A stretch of DNA of 64,000 nt from an uncultured Clostridia bacterium (GTDB taxonomy: Bacteria > Bacillota > Clostridia > Oscillospirales > Oscillospiraceae), in the NCBI GenBank assembly GCA_947165085.1, contig CAMUZA010000002.1, positions 6,844-70,843 of the forward strand. Direction: 5' to 3'. The notes below the pieces were generated by a model, which had not been told where the DNA came from, made no database searches, and was given only the letters and a program-made list of their open reading frames with translations. The position numbers and the translations under genes were made by a program. Shown in pieces: positions 59,569-64,000 of this stretch (positions are counted from its first letter, which is position 1; the number at the start of each line of letters is the position of its first letter).

Positions 59569-60543
59569 TTACAGATTCTCCTTATACCACTCGATAGCGG
59601 CATCAATACCGCGGGCAAAGCTCCAAGACGGATCATAGCCCAACAGGCGGCGCGCCTTGGAAATATCCGCGTTGGAATGCTTGATGTCGCCCTTGCGGTC
59701 GGGCCCGTAGATCGGTTCGACATCGACGCCGAGCGCTTTCGTCAGGCCGTGATAAATATCGTTCAGATACTCTCTGCCGCCGAAAGCGACGTTAAACGCC
59801 TCGCCGGCGGCTTCCTTCGGCGCGAGGCAGGCTTTAAGGTTTGCCTCGATGACGTTTTCGATGTAGGTAAAGTCGCGGCTCTGCATGCCGTCGCCGTTGA
59901 TCGTCGGGCGTTCGCCGCGCAAAAGCTGTTTGATGAACTTCGGAATGACCGCGGCATAAGCGCCGTCCGGATTCTGCCGTCTGCCGAAGACGTTGAAATA
60001 ACGCAGGCCGACGGTTTCCAAGCCGTAATGCATGGTGTACTGCTTTGCCCATTCCTCGTCGCAGCGCTTGGTCAGCGCGTAGGGAGAAAGCAGATTGCCT
60101 TCCCTGCCCTCGGTCTTCGGCAGGTTCGGCTCGTCGCCGTAGACGGAGGAGCTGGACGCATAGACGAAGCGCTTTACGCCGTTGCGGCGCGACGCCTCCA
60201 TCATGTTCAGCGTCCCCTGAATGTTATTGGCGCAGTAGAACAGCGGCATCTCGATCGAGCGCGGCACGCTGCCCCAAGCTGCCTGATTGAGGACGTAGTC
60301 GACGCCTTCGGTCGCCCGCAGGCAGGTATCGAAGTCCTTAATATCGCCCTTGATAAAGGTGTAATTCGGATTGTCAATGAACAGGTCGACATTTTTCTGC
60401 TTGCCGGTGGAAAGGTCGTCCAGGCAGCGGACTTTATAGCCAAGCTTCAGGATCGCCTCGCAGAGATTGGAGCCGATGAAGCCAGCGCCGCCGGTGACGA
60501 GGAAAGTTGTATTCTCCGGAAATCGAACGTTTTCGTAGCCCAT
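59569..60543 (-). CDS. UDP-GlcNAc(A) C4-epimerase (WbpP/TviC-like)
   Basis: [42 protein letters not shown]; start at MGYENV. Confidence 0.9.
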   Translation of the reverse strand: MGYENVRFPENTTFLVTGGAGFIGSNLCEAILKLGYKVRCLDDLSTGKQKNVDLFIDNPNYTFIKGDIKDFDTCLRATEGVDYVLNQAAWGSVPRSIEMPLFYCANNIQGTLNMMEASRRNGVKRFVYASSSSVYGDEPNLPKTEGREGNLLSPYALTKRCDEEWAKQYTMHYGLETVGLRYFNVFGRRQNPDGAYAAVIPKFIKQLLRGERPTINGDGMQSRDFTYIENVIEANLKACLAPKEAAGEAFNVAFGGREYLNDIYHGLTKALGVDVEPIYGPDRKGDIKHSNADISKARRLLGYDPSWSFARGIDAAIEWYKENL

Positions 60544-60544
60544 A

Positions 60545-61858
60545 TTACAGTCTCCAGTAATGATAGCCTGCCGCTTCGTAGGACTTGCGGTCGAGCAAAC
60601 CCTTGAGGTCGAGCAGCACCTTCGGCGCGTTCGGCGCAAAGAAGGCGTTCATTCTCTCCATCGTGATCGACTTGAACTGCTCGTGCGCAACGGCGAGGAT
60701 GACCGCGTCCATGTCGCGGATGGAATTCATATCGACGAATTCCACACCGTAGAGGCGCTTTGCCTCGTCTGCGTCAGCGGCGGGATCGGCGATCACGGCG
60801 GTGATGCCGTATTCTTTCAGTTCATTGTAAATATCAATGACCTTGGTGTTTCTGGTGTCCGGGCAGTTCTCCTTGAACGTGAAGCCGAGGATCGCGACCT
60901 TTGCGTTTTTGACCGGCTTGTCCGCCTTGATGAGCTGCTTGACCAGATTCTCCGCGCAGTACTTGCCCATATCGTCGTTGATCCGTCTGCCGGAGAGGAT
61001 GATCTGGCTGTGATAGCCGAGCTGCTCGGCCTTGTAGGTCAGGTAGTACGGGTCGACGCCGATGCAGTGACCGCCGACCAGACCGGGCTGGAATTTCAGG
61101 AAATTCCATTTTGTTCCCGCCGCTTCCAGAACGGATTTCGTATCGATGCCCATCTTATTGAAGATGATGGACAGCTCGTTCATAAAGGCGATGTTGATGT
61201 CGCGCTGGCTGTTCTCGATGACCTTCGCGGCTTCTGCGACTTTGATGGACTCTGCCCTGTGTACGCCCGCCTCGACGACCAGCTCATAGACGTGCGCGAC
61301 CTCGTCGAGCGTCTCTGCGTCCATACCGGAAACGATCTTCTTAATCGTTTCCAAACGATGTACCTTGTCGCCGGGGTTGATGCGCTCGGGAGAATAGCCG
61401 ATCTTGAAATCCACGCCGCACTTGAGGCCGGATTCTTTTTCGAGGATCGGCACGCATACATCCTCCGTCACGCCGGGATAGACCGTCGATTCAAAGACGA
61501 CGATGCTCCCCTTCTGCAGATTTCGGCCGAGGATACGGCTCGCGCCCTCGACGGGCGTGAGGTCGGGCGTGTGGTCGTCATTCACGGGCGTCGGGACGGC
61601 AACAATGTGGAATTTCGCCTCACGGAGCCTCGTTTCGTCCGCGGTAAAGTCCACCTTGCAGGCCTTGATCGCCTCGTTGCCGACCTCTTTCGTCGGGTCA
61701 ATGCCGGACTTGTAAAGCTCAATTTTCGCCGCGTTCAAATCAAAACCGATGACGTCGATCTTTCTGGAAAACGCGACCGCGATCGGCATACCGACGTAGC
61801 CGAGCCCGACCAGGGAGAGTTTCTCTTCTTTTGCTACGAGCTTTTCATATAAAGACAT
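60545..61858 (-). CDS. UDP-HexNAc 6-dehydrogenase (WbpO/TviB-like)
   Basis: VGLGYVG, ESTVYPG, SPERINPGD, ENSQRDINIA, GGHCIGVDP, FKENCPDTRN. Confidence 0.92.
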   Translation of the reverse strand: MSLYEKLVAKEEKLSLVGLGYVGMPIAVAFSRKIDVIGFDLNAAKIELYKSGIDPTKEVGNEAIKACKVDFTADETRLREAKFHIVAVPTPVNDDHTPDLTPVEGASRILGRNLQKGSIVVFESTVYPGVTEDVCVPILEKESGLKCGVDFKIGYSPERINPGDKVHRLETIKKIVSGMDAETLDEVAHVYELVVEAGVHRAESIKVAEAAKVIENSQRDINIAFMNELSIIFNKMGIDTKSVLEAAGTKWNFLKFQPGLVGGHCIGVDPYYLTYKAEQLGYHSQIILSGRRINDDMGKYCAENLVKQLIKADKPVKNAKVAILGFTFKENCPDTRNTKVIDIYNELKEYGITAVIADPAADADEAKRLYGVEFVDMNSIRDMDAVILAVAHEQFKSITMERMNAFFAPNAPKVLLDLKGLLDRKSYEAAGYHYWRL

Positions 61859-61891
61859 GGCGTTCCTCCGTTGCGGATCGTATCCGCTTCT

Positions 61892-62995
61892 CTATAGTTT
61901 CATGATCCGAAGCATCTCTTCGTTTACTCTGCCGACTTCAAATTTTTCCCTGCACAGGCGGACGCTCGCAGCGCCCATTTCGGGGATCTTCTCCGGGTGA
62001 AGGATAAAGGCCTTCATCCGTTCCGCCAGCGCCGCGCTGTCTCCGACCGGGACAAGATAGCCGTTCACGCCGTCTCGCACCGTTTCGCGGCAGCCGTTGG
62101 CGTCGGCGGTGATGATCGGTCTTCCCATCGACATCGCTTCTAAGACGGTGCGCGGCGTGCCCTCGCGATAGGACGGAAGAACGTAGACGCTGCACCTTGC
62201 ATAGTACGGACGCACGTCCGTCGTTTCCTCGAAGCGTTCCACGATGCCGTCCCGGAGGAAAGCTTCGATCGTTTCCCGCGGGATCGCGTCCTGCATGGCG
62301 GTCTCATATTTTCCGAGCAGGAAGAACTGCGCTTCGGGATACTCGGATTTTACGATCCTTGCCGCCTCTAGGTATTCCATGACGCCCTTGCTCTTCAGGA
62401 GGCGGGACAGCATGAAGAACACCGGCTTGTCCGGCAGCGGCGCGGGCGCGAACCATTCCATATTGACGCCGGAGCCGTTGACAACGCGGCACTTTTCTTT
62501 ATGCGCAAGGCCGTGGGAACAGAACTCTTCCAGATCGTCGGGATTCTGGAAAATAATATGATGGGTCCGTTTCAGACCGAGTCTGTACAGGAAACGGACG
62601 ATCATGCCAAGCAGTTTCGCTTTCGCGGTCTTCGCCGTGAACGTATAACCGCCGCCGGTGATCATGCCGCTGATATTCTTCACGCCTGCGGCGTGGGCGG
62701 CCATTGCGCCGTAGACCACGGGCTTGATCGTATACCCCAGGGTCACGTCCGGCTGCTCTGCAAGCATGAGCTCTTTCAACGCTTTGCGGTATTTCAGGTC
62801 GCCGGTCATGCTGGTGCCGGTCTTGTTCATCGGGATTTCGACAAACCTCGCGCCGAGCGCTTCAATCTTGTCCACGTCCGTCCGATCCGGCCCTGTCACG
62901 ATCACCTCATAACCCTTGGCGATGATCGCTTTGATCAAATCGCCGCGAAAATTATAAACCGTTCGGTTCTTGGGGGAAATCAGCAGAAACTTCAT
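61892..62995 (-). CDS. Glycosyltransferase family 4
   Basis: YTIKP..YG, FQNPDD, GSGV, SRLL..KG..EY, PSYREG.P..LEAM..G. Confidence 0.92.
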   Translation of the reverse strand: MKFLLISPKNRTVYNFRGDLIKAIIAKGYEVIVTGPDRTDVDKIEALGARFVEIPMNKTGTSMTGDLKYRKALKELMLAEQPDVTLGYTIKPVVYGAMAAHAAGVKNISGMITGGGYTFTAKTAKAKLLGMIVRFLYRLGLKRTHHIIFQNPDDLEEFCSHGLAHKEKCRVVNGSGVNMEWFAPAPLPDKPVFFMLSRLLKSKGVMEYLEAARIVKSEYPEAQFFLLGKYETAMQDAIPRETIEAFLRDGIVERFEETTDVRPYYARCSVYVLPSYREGTPRTVLEAMSMGRPIITADANGCRETVRDGVNGYLVPVGDSAALAERMKAFILHPEKIPEMGAASVRLCREKFEVGRVNEEMLRIMKL

Positions 62996-63893
62996 TTCTA
63001 TTTTCCAGCCCTTCCAGAATGATTTTCGTCAACCGTCCGTTGTTAAGCTCGCTCACAAAGCTGTTATGTGGGGTGAGAACAGCATTTTCAACGTTCCAGA
63101 GAATGCTGTCTGTTTCCAGCGGCTCCTGTTCAAACACATCCAGCACTGCGCCGCAGATTTTTCCGCTTATCAGTAACTCGCAGAGCGCCTGCTCGTCGAG
63201 GACTTTGCCGCGAGAGATATTCACAACGACTGCGGTTTCCGACAGCAGGCTCAGGCGATTACGGTTCATCAGATGCGTCGTTTCCGCGACCAGTGGGACG
63301 GTCAGCACCAAAACGTCCGTTAGAGGAAGAATCTCCTCCAACTCACGCAGCGGCAGTATCCGCTCGTAGGCTTCGTCATCTCTCGGATAGAGGTCTACGC
63401 CGAGTACACGGCAGCCAAAGGCCTGGAAGCGCTTCGCGCACTCCGTCCCGACGCTGCCGCAGCCGAGGATCGCGACGGTCTTGCCATTGAGCTCCAATAA
63501 ACCGCGGTGCTTTTCCCACTTGTGCGCTTTCTGATTCTCATAGAAAAAGCGCGTCTGCTTGTATAACTGCAACACGCCGCAGACAGCGAATTCTGCCATC
63601 GGGATGCTGTAGACGCCTCTGGCGTTATGAATCTCGATGCCGTGCGCGTTCACGTAGTCCAGATCCACGCGGTCGAAGCCGGCGCTGGTGAGCTGTATAA
63701 AGCGCAGATTCTGAAACTGTTCGATGGGGTGGTGCTGAAACAGCCCGTTGCAGATCACACCCTCGGCCCAGGCAGGGTCGCAAGGCAGATTGTCTGCCTC
63801 CTGCTGCAAAAAACGGATCGTATGGCCATGCGCTTCGATCTCGGCAAAATGTGCGCTTGCGCAGAACCACGCGCCGGTGATGAGTAGATTCAT
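62952..63893 (-). CDS. D-isomer-specific 2-hydroxyacid dehydrogenase
   Basis: SAGFD, NARGVYSIPMAE, GCGSVG, VNISRG, LDVFEQEPL, TPHNS; start placed at MNLLIT. Confidence 0.88.
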   Translation of the reverse strand: MNLLITGAWFCASAHFAEIEAHGHTIRFLQQEADNLPCDPAWAEGVICNGLFQHHPIEQFQNLRFIQLTSAGFDRVDLDYVNAHGIEIHNARGVYSIPMAEFAVCGVLQLYKQTRFFYENQKAHKWEKHRGLLELNGKTVAILGCGSVGTECAKRFQAFGCRVLGVDLYPRDDEAYERILPLRELEEILPLTDVLVLTVPLVAETTHLMNRNRLSLLSETAVVVNISRGKVLDEQALCELLISGKICGAVLDVFEQEPLETDSILWNVENAVLTPHNSFVSELNNGRLTKIILEGLENRNEVSADFPQEPNGL

Positions 63894-63903
63894 GATTCTT
63901 CCC

Positions 63904-63999
63904 TTATTCGTGATCGGCGTCCAAACTCTCGTAGATGCGGCGTACAAGACGGACGACTTCTTTTTCGTTGTCAAAGAAGAATTTGCTGTGCTGCTCACA
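63904..63999 (-). CDS. C-terminal end of an upstream gene (partial); possibly HpcH/HpaI aldolase/citrate lyase family
   Basis: Open frame CEQHSKFFFDNEKEVVRLVRRIYESLDADHE* ends just before the dehydrogenase RBS; family guess rests on recalled context only. Confidence 0.35.
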   Translation of the reverse strand, partial: CEQHSKFFFDNEKEVVRLVRRIYESLDADHE

Positions 64000-64000
64000 T

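Larger units (their letters stand above)
34466..64000 (-). other. Wzx/Wzy-dependent surface (capsular/exo-) polysaccharide locus, distal part
   Basis: Co-directional wzx, wzy, four GT2, one GT4, one GT-like gene, nucleotide-sugar enzymes and tailoring enzymes; runs off the window edge. Confidence 0.93.

Noticed and set aside
60560-61852. 430-aa antisense ORF opposite the UDP-HexNAc dehydrogenase, and similar shadows (1413-2558, 7513-8907, 25844-26773, 30573-31787, 35586-36431)
   Set aside because: Antisense or alternative-frame artefacts of GC-rich coding sequence with no protein motifs.
1-64000. CRISPR arrays, IS elements, integrases, rRNA/tRNA genes, invertible promoters
   Set aside because: None seen by eye. 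Intergenic gaps are short and explained by promoters, terminators or the T-box. The capsule promoter region lies outside the window.

Overview
The window comes from a high-GC Clostridia chromosome, most consistent with Oscillospiraceae (inferred from gene content and order, not verified). Almost all genes are on the minus strand. Bases 1-34,469 are core genome: gerW-scpB-scpA, engB-lon-clpX-clpP-tig, a phosphoesterase, a dipeptidase, yraN-rnhB-rbgA-lepB, valS with an intact Val T-box leader, pgm, coaD-rsmD-uvrC, HPr, mutS2-recO-yqzL-era-ybeY-phoH-yqfD-yqfC, a divergent ylbJ, an aminotransferase, galE, and a TIGR03960/TIGR03936 radical SAM pair. Three small ORFs are notable here, two of them below the ORF-track cutoff. 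Bases 34,466-64,000 are the distal ~29.5 kb of a Wzx/Wzy-dependent surface polysaccharide locus that continues past the window edge. It is compositionally mosaic and rich in tailoring enzymes. The best candidate for an undescribed system is a capsule that encodes its own acyl donor. An intact thiolase and (S)-3-hydroxybutyryl-CoA dehydrogenase sit inside the locus without the rest of the butyrate pathway. Nearby are a DegT aminotransferase + GNAT pair, an LpxD-like acyltransferase beside a deacetylase-like gene, a TupA ATP-grasp ligase + CapA pair, and a fused pyruvyl transferase/4Fe-4S FrhB-like protein. No CRISPR array, rRNA, tRNA or mobile element was seen. All functional calls come from motif recognition by eye; no database search was run.
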